60,593 nucleotides of DNA from Candidatus Giovannonibacteria bacterium (GTDB lineage Bacteria; Patescibacteriota; Minisyncoccia; JACPKW01; UBA11713). A program made the position numbers and the translations under genes. Location of the stretch: contig JACPKW010000004.1 in the NCBI GenBank assembly GCA_016186825.1, positions 196,237 to 256,829 of the forward strand, read 5' to 3'. The notes under the pieces were generated by a model, which did not search any database, was not told the origin of the DNA, and saw only the letters and a list, made by a program, of their open reading frames with translations. Of the stretch, positions 16,124 to 24,106 are shown piece by piece; position 1 is the first letter of the stretch, and the number at the start of each line of letters is the position of its first letter.

Positions 16124-17695
16124 ATGGCAAAAGATTTTCAAAAAATAATATGTCCGCACTGTAAGGTTGAGATCTCACTTGACGAGGCAATCACGCATCA
16201 GTTCGAAGAGTCGATTAAAAAGCAGATCACTGAGGAACAACAGGCAAAACAGGCTGAATTTGCGAAGCGTGAAAAAGAAATTACTGATAAAGAAAAAGCA
16301 ATTGCTGAGTCAAAAAAGTCGCTAGAAAAGGAAGTCGCTGAACAAACAGAGAAAGCAAAAGTTGAACTCGAAAAGGAAATAAGGGCTAAGCTATCGAAAG
16401 AAAAAGATAGTGAAATTAATGCCCTATCTGAGGACCTGAAAGCAAAAGAAAAGAGTCTCGTTGAGGCTCGACAAGCCGAACTTAATTTACGTCGAGAAAA
16501 AACAAAATTTGAGGACGAAAAACAAGCGTTTGAGTTGGAGAAACAGCGACAGCTTGATCAGGAAAGAGAGAAAATAAAAGCAGAGGCATTAAAATCTTTT
16601 GAGGTTGAACAACAGACGAAAAATAAAGACAAGGAACAAGAAATTAAACTACTAAACGGGCAACTTGAGACTAACAAAAAACAACTTGAAGAAGCTCGAT
16701 CGGCAGAGTTAGAAATTCGCAAATCAAAGATTGATTTAGAAAATGATAAAAGAGCATTTGAGCTTGAAAAGCAACGCCAGCTTGATGCCGAGAGGGACAA
16801 AATCCGAGAAGATGCACAGAAAAAAGCCGAAGAAGATATGCACTTAAAAATTCTTGAAAAAGAGAAGCAACTTCAGGATGCTATGAAAGCCAATATGGAA
16901 TTACAGAGAAAACTTCAGCAAGGATCACAGCAAACTCAAGGAGAAGTTTTAGAGCTTGAACTGGAGGGGTTGCTTGGTAATTGGTTTACTCACGATACCA
17001 TTGAACCGGTCCCTAAAGGCATAAACGGTGCTGATGTAATACAAAAAGTTATCAGTAATTCCGGCCAGCAGTGCGGCTCTATAGCTTGGGAGTCCAAACA
17101 TACTAAAGCTTGGAGTGAACTATGGGTTGCCAAGCTAAAAGAGGATCAAAGAAAAGTAAACGCTGATGTGGCTGTTCTTGTCACAGAAGTCCTGCCAAAG
17201 GATATTAAAAATTTTGCTTATCGGGATGGTGTTTGGATCACAGATCAGAATTCTATTTTTGGTTTAGGTACAGCATTAAGAATCCAGCTTATTCAAGCCA
17301 CAACAATAAAGCTCGCAAGTGTCGGGAAAAATGAAAAAATGGAAGTGCTTTATGGATATTTATCAGGTACTGAATTTAGACATAAAGTTGAGGCAATCGT
17401 AGAAGCCTTTGTTGGTATAAAGCAAGACTTAGACAAAGAACGGCGAGCGATGACCAGAATTTGGGCAAAAAGAGAAAAACAAATTGAACAGGTAGTTAAT
17501 AATACGGCAGGAATGTACGGAGATGTTCAAGGTTTGCTTGGTACAGCTATACAGCCAATAGCCGCCTTAGAAGCCGGATACGATCTGATTGAGGATGATG
17601 AACAAGATGAGATTGAGGAAACAGATAAGAAAAAACCAGAGCCCAAAAAGCAAGTTGTAGAGGAAACCATTGATCCAAAAGATATTCCATTTTAG
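16124..17695 (+). CDS. DUF2130-like protein: CxxC ribbon, long coiled coil, PD-(D/E)xK-like C-terminal domain
   Basis: ATG at 16124 lies 4 nt after the OLD stop. N-terminal CPHC motif, ~250-aa Glu/Lys-rich coiled coil with an internal duplication, and a C-terminal GADVIQKV...IAWESKHTKAWS...ADVAVLVT pattern. DUF2130/RmuC-like assignment is from memory. Confidence 0.65.
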   Translation: MAKDFQKIICPHCKVEISLDEAITHQFEESIKKQITEEQQAKQAEFAKREKEITDKEKAIAESKKSLEKEVAEQTEKAKVELEKEIRAKLSKEKDSEINALSEDLKAKEKSLVEARQAELNLRREKTKFEDEKQAFELEKQRQLDQEREKIKAEALKSFEVEQQTKNKDKEQEIKLLNGQLETNKKQLEEARSAELEIRKSKIDLENDKRAFELEKQRQLDAERDKIREDAQKKAEEDMHLKILEKEKQLQDAMKANMELQRKLQQGSQQTQGEVLELELEGLLGNWFTHDTIEPVPKGINGADVIQKVISNSGQQCGSIAWESKHTKAWSELWVAKLKEDQRKVNADVAVLVTEVLPKDIKNFAYRDGVWITDQNSIFGLGTALRIQLIQATTIKLASVGKNEKMEVLYGYLSGTEFRHKVEAIVEAFVGIKQDLDKERRAMTRIWAKREKQIEQVVNNTAGMYGDVQGLLGTAIQPIAALEAGYDLIEDDEQDEIEETDKKKPEPKKQVVEETIDPKDIPF

Positions 17696-17700
17696 TTTTT

Positions 17701-18126
17701 ATGGAAATCGAATCGAAGCAACAAATTTTGGAGCGGCGGAAAGAGATTGAGCAGGAGCTCATGGATATGCTCAAAGAAACTGAGCGCGATTTTACCTTGG
17801 ATCGTGTTCGGGATGCTATTTATAACGAAGAGGATAACGACGACATGATGAAAGTTGTGACAATGTTTGATCGTGGCGGCGATACAACAGAGCTTGAAAA
17901 TGTGCTCGAGCTAGTAACCGATGCGTGGAATTATTTTCCGCACAAAGTCCTCGGCGGTATCTCCCCGGCCGAGAAGTTGTTGGAGCATCAATCTCAATCA
18001 CCTTTGTATGAATGTCCGGAATGCAAATTGAAGTATCGAGAAAAGAAATGGGCAAAAGCATCTGAGGCATGGTGCCGTGAGCACAAGAGCTGTAATTTAG
18101 AAATAACCGCCCACGCCGAAAAATAA
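17701..18126 (+). CDS. hypothetical protein with C-terminal CxxC...CxxWCxxHxxC domain (paralog of 23755-23997)
   Basis: Starts 5 nt after the DUF2130-like stop. The C-terminal 40 aa YECPECKLKYREKKWAKASEAWCREHKSCNLEITAHAEK closely matches the small ORF at 23755-23997. Confidence 0.55.
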   Translation: MEIESKQQILERRKEIEQELMDMLKETERDFTLDRVRDAIYNEEDNDDMMKVVTMFDRGGDTTELENVLELVTDAWNYFPHKVLGGISPAEKLLEHQSQSPLYECPECKLKYREKKWAKASEAWCREHKSCNLEITAHAEK

Positions 18127-18130
18127 AACT

Positions 18131-18607
18131 ATGAAAATCAACAACACATTTAAACTTATCATAGCTATCGTAGTCTCCGAGCTGGCCGGTATCATCGGCT
18201 CGGTGTTTACCACTCCGTCCATTGCCGGATGGTACGCCGGGATCGTCAAACCGGCTCTCAATCCTCCAGCGTGGGTGTTTGGACCGGTCTGGACGACATT
18301 GTTTGCTCTTATGGGTATTTCGGCGTTTCTGATCTGGAAAAAAGGTCTGAATCGCAGAGATGTAAAAATCGCTCTCGGCATATTTCTCGGCCAGCTGGTC
18401 TTGAACACGCTCTGGTCGATTATCTTTTTCGGACTGCATAGCCCGGGTGGTGCGCTTGTCGAGATCATGCTCCTCTGGCTCGCCATCCTCGCCACGATCA
18501 TCGCTTTTGCAAAAATCTCTAAACCAGCCGCTTGGCTCTTGGTGCCGTATATCCTCTGGGTCAGCTTTGCGATGTATTTAAACTATTCAATTTGGGCATT
18601 GAATTAA
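18131..18607 (+). CDS. tspO: TspO/MBR tryptophan-rich sensory protein
   Basis: Five TM helices with the typical pattern WY..L.KP...PP.WVFGPVWTTLFALMGISAFLIW and further Trp-rich helices. Confidence 0.85.
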   Translation: MKINNTFKLIIAIVVSELAGIIGSVFTTPSIAGWYAGIVKPALNPPAWVFGPVWTTLFALMGISAFLIWKKGLNRRDVKIALGIFLGQLVLNTLWSIIFFGLHSPGGALVEIMLLWLAILATIIAFAKISKPAAWLLVPYILWVSFAMYLNYSIWALN

Positions 18608-18615
18608 AAAATAGT

Positions 18616-19734
18616 ATGTTTGAATATCTCAAAAACCCCGAAGGATCCCTCCAAGGCGGGACCTACGGGGCAGGTAAAAAAATTCTGCTCGCCGTCGTTT
18701 TAGTGGCTTTGGTGTTTATTGGTGTAGTTGGTTTTGTGGCCTACAATTCATTTTTCGGCGCGCCGCAAGCCAGCGCGGAATTGGAACAATTCACAATGCC
18801 TTTAGGTTCGGGCGACTTTAAGGAACTCTCGGCGTTGCTTAAGGAGAAAGGGTTCATCAAAAGCGAGGCCGGTTTTAAGATTACTTACTTCAAAACAAAC
18901 GGAATAGACATCGGGGCAACAACCTGCGTGGACTGCTTCGTTCCTGGCGCGTATAAAATCTCCAAGAGCATGAATGCCTGGGAGCTGGCAAAGGCTTTGC
19001 GAAAGCCCTATATGAAATGGGTGGTCATACCCGAAGGACTCCGCAAAGAGCAAATTGCCGACATCATCGGCGATGCCCTTACTCTTAATTGGGATGAGGC
19101 GACCAAAAAGAAATGGGTCACAAACTATACCGCAATGAAATATGACGAGGTTGAAGGACTGTATTTCCCTGACACGTATCTTATTCCTGTAGACGAAGAC
19201 CCGCTTAAAGTGGCCGATCGATTGCGCGCAAAATTCAACGAAAAATTCCAGCCGTATGCGCAGGAAGCATTAAAGCAGGACATCAAGTGGACGACAGCGT
19301 TAAAACTGGCCTCGATAGTGCAGAGAGAAGCGGCCGGGAAAGAAGATATGCCCTTAATTGCTGGTATTCTTTGGAATCGTCTGCTCAAGGACATGAAGCT
19401 TGAGGTAGACGCCACGATCCAGTATGTGCGCGACGACGTGATCCATTACGGCGAAGCTCGCTACGATAAACAACCCGGGAGTTATTCAAGCGACGGAAGC
19501 TGGTGGATGCCGATTAAATTGGCGGATATGGATATTGCTTCGCCCTATAATACCTACCGCAACAAAGGATTGCCGCCTCATCCGATCAGCAACCCGGGGC
19601 TTGATGCGATCAAAGCTGTTCTTGAACCGGCAGAGACGGAATGTCTTTATTACCTGCACGACGAATCAAAAACCATTCATTGCTCTAAAACTTTTGAAGA
19701 ACACAAAGCGAACATCGCCGCGTACTTAAAATAA
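18616..19734 (+). CDS. mltG: endolytic murein transglycosylase MltG (YceG-like), copy 2
   Basis: ATG at 18616 (MFEYLKNPEG), TM anchor, and YceG motifs IPEGLRKEQI, ASIVQREA, LEVDATIQYV and NTYRNKGLPPHPISNPG. The upstream part of the track ORF overlaps tspO. Confidence 0.8.
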   Translation: MFEYLKNPEGSLQGGTYGAGKKILLAVVLVALVFIGVVGFVAYNSFFGAPQASAELEQFTMPLGSGDFKELSALLKEKGFIKSEAGFKITYFKTNGIDIGATTCVDCFVPGAYKISKSMNAWELAKALRKPYMKWVVIPEGLRKEQIADIIGDALTLNWDEATKKKWVTNYTAMKYDEVEGLYFPDTYLIPVDEDPLKVADRLRAKFNEKFQPYAQEALKQDIKWTTALKLASIVQREAAGKEDMPLIAGILWNRLLKDMKLEVDATIQYVRDDVIHYGEARYDKQPGSYSSDGSWWMPIKLADMDIASPYNTYRNKGLPPHPISNPGLDAIKAVLEPAETECLYYLHDESKTIHCSKTFEEHKANIAAYLK

Positions 19735-19816
19735 TTTACAAAGCTCGCCCCCGGGGCAAAAAGCGCAATAAGTGGTAAAATATAAATATGTTTCAATACT
19801 TAATTAAGAAAATTAT

Positions 19817-20491
19817 ATGAAAAAGAGTATGTATATATTTATTATAATCTTAGTAGTTCTCTTGGTAGGATGGACAGCGGTTAGTTATTTTTTTGATCGT
19901 TCAATAAAAACGCCTGAATATACCGTTGTAGAGAAAAGCGCAGGGTACGAAATACGTTCGTATAAACCATACATCACCGCTCAAGTTGAAGTATCCGGTA
20001 CTTATGATGAAGCGCTCAATCAAGGCTTCCGTGTTCTCGCTGATTATATTTTCGGCAATAACACGAAACGAACCGGCATTGCCATGACCGCCCCGGTTAC
20101 AGAGGCAGAGTCCGAAAAGATGGCAATGACGGCTCCGGTAATGGAAAAAGAGAGCGAGGTCTTGGCTATGACCGCGCCGGTAGTTGAAACCGGAAATAAT
20201 ACAAAAAGGATTATCTCATTTGTTATGCCGTTTGAATATTCACTTGAGACACTGCCAAAACCAAATAATCCCGAAGTGAAGATTGTCCCCCAAGAGGCGC
20301 GAAAAGTGGCGGCGTTGAGGTTTTCGTGGTTTAGAAATGCTGATCGTGTCGCAGATAAAAAACAAGAACTACTCAAATTTTTAGAACGAGATTCTATTAC
20401 GCCGAAAGGACTGCCTGAATATGCCGGATACAATGCGCCATTTACCGCCCCGTGGCTCAACAGAAACGAAGTAATGATTGAGATTGAATGA
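19817..20491 (+). CDS. SOUL/HEBP heme-binding family protein with N-terminal anchor
   Basis: PEYTVVEKSAGYEIRSYKPY start typical of SOUL domains. Three tandem AMTAPV(x) units. TM or signal segment at the N-terminus. Confidence 0.7.
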   Translation: MKKSMYIFIIILVVLLVGWTAVSYFFDRSIKTPEYTVVEKSAGYEIRSYKPYITAQVEVSGTYDEALNQGFRVLADYIFGNNTKRTGIAMTAPVTEAESEKMAMTAPVMEKESEVLAMTAPVVETGNNTKRIISFVMPFEYSLETLPKPNNPEVKIVPQEARKVAALRFSWFRNADRVADKKQELLKFLERDSITPKGLPEYAGYNAPFTAPWLNRNEVMIEIE

Positions 20492-20495
20492 CAAC

Positions 20496-20535
20496 AAAAA
20501 ACCGCTCATTCAAGAGACGGTTTCTTGTTTGATTT
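20496..20535. terminator. probable bidirectional terminator between convergent genes
   Basis: AAACCG(CTC)...(GAG)ACGGTTT hairpin flanked by an A-run upstream and a T-rich stretch downstream. Confidence 0.5.
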
Positions 20536-20555
20536 TTATCTCAAATAAAAAAAGC

Positions 20556-20762
20556 TTACTGTTTAGCAAGCTTCATAGATATGGCGGCGAGGTAGACGGC
20601 GGCAAGCCCGACGAGAGCGTACACGACTCTTGAGAGCCCGGACATATCACCGAAGATAGTAGCCACGAGATCAAAGTTGAAAATGCCGACCAATCCCCAG
20701 TTTAGGCCACCGACGATAACTAGTACCACAGCGAGCCAGTCGAAAGCATTGAGTTTGTTCAT
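20556..20762 (-). CDS. DUF378 family small membrane protein
   Basis: MNKLNAFDWLAVVLVIVGGLNWGLVGIFNFDLVATIFG...LSRVVYALVGLAAVY matches the DUF378 pattern. Internal ATG chosen over the track start. Confidence 0.7.
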   Translation of the reverse strand: MNKLNAFDWLAVVLVIVGGLNWGLVGIFNFDLVATIFGDMSGLSRVVYALVGLAAVYLAAISMKLAKQ

Positions 20763-20902
20763 AATTTTTTTTATTTTTAATTTACTCAGTATGCGTTTCG
20801 ACCTCCAACACATGTAAAAAAATTATAACACAAATCACGCAATGAGTGATATACTTAATGCACAGATCATGACTTCAAAAACTAAATTACAAACAAAATT
20901 GT

Positions 20903-21358
20903 ATGACCACGCTTTGGATTGATACAATCGGACTGTTTGTATTCATCGCTGGTTTTGTGATCGGCCTTGGCGCAGTGACATTCATAGACATTCACGGCTT
21001 TCTGGGCAGGAAATCCTCCTATTGGACCGAGGCCACTACTCGAACGCATAAAGTTACCAAGCCCTTGATCTGGGCCGGTATCACGCTTGCCGTTATCGGC
21101 GGTCTGATTTTTTACCGCGGACAAAGTTTTTCCGGCATTCCATTCATTCATGCCGTCATTGCCATCGCGCTCATTTTCAATGGTTATTTTCTCTCGTTCA
21201 AAGTCAGCCCTTTCCTGCTAAAGCGCGAGAAAGAGGGTCGGTCGGGAGAACTCCTGCCAGCTTCTTGGCAGAAGAAAATTATGGCAGGCCTCATTGTGTC
21301 AGATATCGGCTGGTGGGGCGGATTGCTTCTCTTGGTCGTGCATCTCCTTTACAGGTAA
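20903..21358 (+). CDS. hypothetical integral membrane protein (4 TM)
   Basis: Hydrophobic helices throughout. No motif recognised. Confidence 0.5.
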   Translation: MTTLWIDTIGLFVFIAGFVIGLGAVTFIDIHGFLGRKSSYWTEATTRTHKVTKPLIWAGITLAVIGGLIFYRGQSFSGIPFIHAVIAIALIFNGYFLSFKVSPFLLKREKEGRSGELLPASWQKKIMAGLIVSDIGWWGGLLLLVVHLLYR

Positions 21359-21359
21359 A

Positions 21360-21400
21360 CCCCGTTAGAAATAACGGGCAGAGTAAAATTTCTAACGTGG
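21360..21400. repeat. hairpin copy of the CCCCGTTAGA/TCTAACGGGG repeat family
   Basis: CCCCGTTAGAAAT-AACGGGCAGAGTAAA-ATTTCTAACGTGG has 13-nt arms with 1 mismatch. It starts 2 nt after the stop codon of 20903-21358. Confidence 0.75.
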
Positions 21401-21468
21401 TAAAAGTATTTATTTGCAACGCGATAAAATGAATACGGTCGGGTAATTAGAATAATTTAAAAATCTTT

Positions 21469-21612
21469 ATGAAAAATATATTTATTGCAGCTGCTGGGAT
21501 TGCGTTTTTGTTGGCGGTGTACTTATGGTTTACGGGGCAAAAGGACGCCGGTGTTTTTGTCGGGTTATGGGTTCCGTCTATTTTGAGCTTGGGCGCGCTT
21601 TTGCGTAAGTAA
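21469..21612 (+). CDS. possible small membrane protein (47 aa)
   Basis: Below the ORF-track size cutoff. MKNIFIAAAGIAFLLAVYLWFTGQKDAGVFVGLWVPSILSLGALLRK has two hydrophobic helices. Confidence 0.3.
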   Translation: MKNIFIAAAGIAFLLAVYLWFTGQKDAGVFVGLWVPSILSLGALLRK

Positions 21613-21642
21613 TATTTAGGTCAGTGTGTACGGCCAATCAAT

Positions 21643-21726
21643 ATGAGTGACGCCACTATTTTTATAATAGGATTTTTAATTTCTCTACTCGTAGCTTACG
21701 GAGTTTATTTGGAGTACAAAAAATAG
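21643..21726 (+). CDS. possible micro-ORF encoding a single-TM peptide (27 aa)
   Basis: MSDATIFIIGFLISLLVAYGVYLEYKK. Speculative. Confidence 0.2.
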   Translation: MSDATIFIIGFLISLLVAYGVYLEYKK

Positions 21727-21746
21727 ACACCAAGCAGAGATATTTT

Positions 21747-22169
21747 ATGAGAAAGGAAATAGTGAAAGTTAACGATAAATTTCAGAGAAATTACAAGTAT
21801 GAGCTCACCGAACCATTGGGCAGGAATTTTCATCCGGATTTTAAACCAGAACTTACTCCAAAAGAGATGCTTGCGCTCGGTGTTTTTGGCGGCAAGTATA
21901 TGACCGATTGCAAAAAGGAGTTTCCAAAAGACTGGTTTACCCGCGCCAAGCTTTCGCCCGAACATCACGACGACACGCTCAACTTTTTCCATAAGCACGC
22001 CAGCCAGCCGCTCAAAGTCTGGATTGAGAAAGGCTGGATCAATCAAGAGCACGACCCGCGCGGCTGGTTCCAGTGGTATTGCCGTTACTACATGGGCAGG
22101 CGGCTTCCGGGAGAGGACGAACGGCAGATCAAACGGTGGAAAGCCATAAACGACAGTCGGAAAATATGA
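21747..22169 (+). CDS. conserved hypothetical protein
   Basis: 140 aa with Trp-rich conserved-looking motifs (DPRGWFQWYCRYYMGRR). Family name not recalled. Confidence 0.5.
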   Translation: MRKEIVKVNDKFQRNYKYELTEPLGRNFHPDFKPELTPKEMLALGVFGGKYMTDCKKEFPKDWFTRAKLSPEHHDDTLNFFHKHASQPLKVWIEKGWINQEHDPRGWFQWYCRYYMGRRLPGEDERQIKRWKAINDSRKI

Positions 22170-22232
22170 CTCGGCTGTTTATTTAATTAAGCAAATCAAG
22201 GTATACACATTATCAAATAAATAAAAATAACT

Positions 22233-22622
22233 ATGAACTACAAAGGAGCAATTATTGAGGAAAGTTTAGAAAAAGCCGACGCTCTAAAAGATGTCGTTGT
22301 AGTCGAGACTAAAGTTGAATCAGTTACAGAAGAACACAAAACCCCATGGATTAAGCAGTGGACTCTGCACACTGTTGAAATTCCAGAAGAGAAAGCAGAT
22401 CTGGTAGCTGAAAAATTGAGCGCGGATTTAGATAAAGAGCATGAGTGGTATGCAGATTATAAAAACGACCAATACCACTACATCATCTACCGAGGCAAAG
22501 TATTTAAGGTTGATCTGAAGAACCCTGTGCTTTACAAAGACGCCAAACAGTACGGCATCTCCGTAGGCATTCCTGAATATCAAGTTGATTTTGCTCCTGA
22601 CGATAAAGTTTGGGAAAGATAA
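22233..22622 (+). CDS. hypothetical protein
   Basis: 129-aa acidic protein with no motif recognised. Coding-like composition. Confidence 0.45.
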   Translation: MNYKGAIIEESLEKADALKDVVVVETKVESVTEEHKTPWIKQWTLHTVEIPEEKADLVAEKLSADLDKEHEWYADYKNDQYHYIIYRGKVFKVDLKNPVLYKDAKQYGISVGIPEYQVDFAPDDKVWER

Positions 22623-22624
22623 TT

Positions 22625-23251
22625 ATGGCTACAAAAAGTAAAATCCAAGTGCTATTAGTTCATGGCGGAATGACCTTCAAAAATGAGAAGGACTATTTGC
22701 ATTATCTAAAAACCAAAAAAGTAACAACAAAGAAAAAGATTTCTTGGGCGGGAGATTATTTGGAAAAAAGTTTAGGTAAAAGGTTTGAGATAATTTCGCC
22801 ACGAATGCCTTTGCAGGATTTTGCGAAGTACAGAGATTGGAAGATATTTTTTGAGAGATATTTATTCCTTATCAAAAATAAATATATTTTGATCGGTTCG
22901 TCTTTGGGCGGAGCTTTCCTTGCAAAATACCTTTCTGAAAATAAACTTCGCAAAAAGGCCTTGTCGGTATATTTGGTTTGTCCGCCTTTTGATAATACAT
23001 TGCCAGACGAAGATTTGGTCGGTGGCTTCACGCTCGGTAGTGATTTGTCGTTGATTGAGAAGAATTGCAAAAATCTCCATTTACTATTTTCAAAAGACGA
23101 CGATGTTGTGCCCGCCTCTCATGCCGATAAATACAAACAAAAATTGAAAAACGCCCATGTTGTGATTTACAAGAGGAAGGGTGGGCATTTTAACATCGTG
23201 AAATTTCCTGAAATAGTTAGGATGATTTTTACAGATATTAAAAGAAATTAG
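22625..23251 (+). CDS. alpha/beta hydrolase (YdeN-like serine hydrolase)
   Basis: Nucleophile elbow GSSLGG, a later D...H (KDDDVV...GGHFN), ~210 aa. ATG at 22625 (MATKSK) lies 2 nt after the preceding stop. Confidence 0.65.
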   Translation: MATKSKIQVLLVHGGMTFKNEKDYLHYLKTKKVTTKKKISWAGDYLEKSLGKRFEIISPRMPLQDFAKYRDWKIFFERYLFLIKNKYILIGSSLGGAFLAKYLSENKLRKKALSVYLVCPPFDNTLPDEDLVGGFTLGSDLSLIEKNCKNLHLLFSKDDDVVPASHADKYKQKLKNAHVVIYKRKGGHFNIVKFPEIVRMIFTDIKRN

Positions 23252-23425
23252 CCGCCGATTTTTTCAAAAAAGAAAGCCGAAGCCCGCGCGGAGGAGCGAG
23301 AATTCGTCTACGCATACCGCAAGGCAGAAAATTCAAGCTTCGCTCATAAAAAAGATTGTAAAAGACCGAATACGAACGCGTACTTGAAGACAAAACTTAT
23401 GCGAAGGTTATTTGTTATAAGATAT

Positions 23426-23626
23426 ATGAAAAAACTTAAATGCGATTTGTGCGACGCGACAGCGGAAGGCGAAACATTCGAAGAGTGGCAAAAAGCTTTG
23501 ATACCTCATTATATGCAAGCGCATGCTGAAGTAATGAAAGAAAATGCCAACTTATCTGATGAGAAAAAAAAGGCAGAGATGGATAAGTGGATGGCAGAAA
23601 ACAGGGCACGCTTTGAAGCTGCCTAG
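23426..23626 (+). CDS. small DUF1059-like protein
   Basis: MKKLKCDLCDATAEGETFEEWQKALIPHYMQAHAEVM resembles the DUF1059 pattern (MKxxxCxDxG..C.F...A.T.EE......H....H). Internal ATG preferred. Confidence 0.4.
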   Translation: MKKLKCDLCDATAEGETFEEWQKALIPHYMQAHAEVMKENANLSDEKKKAEMDKWMAENRARFEAA

Positions 23627-23722
23627 ATCTGCGTACTCGCAAATTCTTCGTCACCCTTACATCCTTTTCCCCCAGTCCAAGCGAATGCGCGCAAGACTTT
23701 ATGGAAGTAGAATCAAAACTAT

Positions 23723-23752
23723 CATCCTCATATACTTGAGAATATGAGGATG
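23723..23752. repeat. hairpin CATCCTCATAT-N8-ATATGAGGATG (related to 23996-24029)
   Basis: 11-bp perfect stem read directly. It shares the CATCCT.ATA / TAT.AGGATGTTG core with the hairpin after the next gene. Confidence 0.8.
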
Positions 23753-23754
23753 TT

Positions 23755-23997
23755 GTGAAGAAAAACTTGAGGTGTAAGCTGCCCAAAACAATGCGTCGAC
23801 TTCGCCGAGGGCAAGAAAAATGGAATATAATCAATAACATGGTCAAGGTAACCAAAGAAGATAAAAAATTATATCAGTGCGAAGAATGCGGTTTTCACTA
23901 TGCCAAGAAAGAATGGGCTGAAAAATGCGAGGCCTGGTGCCGGGAGCACAAGAGTTGCAATATCGAGATCACCGCACATGCCGAGGAAAACAAATAA
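23755..23997 (+). CDS. small protein with CxxC...CxxWCxxHxxC domain (paralog of the C-terminus of 17701-18126)
   Basis: YQCEECGFHYAKKEWAEKCEAWCREHKSCNIEITAHAEENK. Start is uncertain: GTG at 23755 (GAGGA 5 nt upstream) or ATG at 23839. Confidence 0.5.
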   Translation: MKKNLRCKLPKTMRRLRRGQEKWNIINNMVKVTKEDKKLYQCEECGFHYAKKEWAEKCEAWCREHKSCNIEITAHAEENK

Positions 23998-24029
23998 CAT
24001 CCTTATAAACTGGAGTTTATAAGGATGTT
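23996..24029. repeat. hairpin AACATCCTTATAAAC-TGGA-GTTTATAAGGATGTT
   Basis: 15-bp perfect stem overlapping the stop codon of 23755-23997. Possible terminator, but no T-run follows. Confidence 0.8.
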
Positions 24030-24106
24030 GAAACGAGCCGAAAGTCCAGTCGTGCCAGAACGTCTGAAAAAAAGATATAAAAAGGAATAAGATTCACGAA
24101 CGGGAA

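Noticed and set aside
17816-18501. Two long minus-strand ORFs (207 and 134 aa) antisense to tspO and the preceding gene
   Set aside because: The plus strand encodes a textbook TspO and a protein with a conserved paralog. The antisense products are Arg/Ser/Pro-rich, which is typical of shadow ORFs.
5723-24000. The whole accessory stretch as a prophage or integrative element
   Set aside because: There is no integrase, transposase, capsid, terminase or portal gene, and no att-like direct repeats at the edges. It is better described as a defence and variable island.
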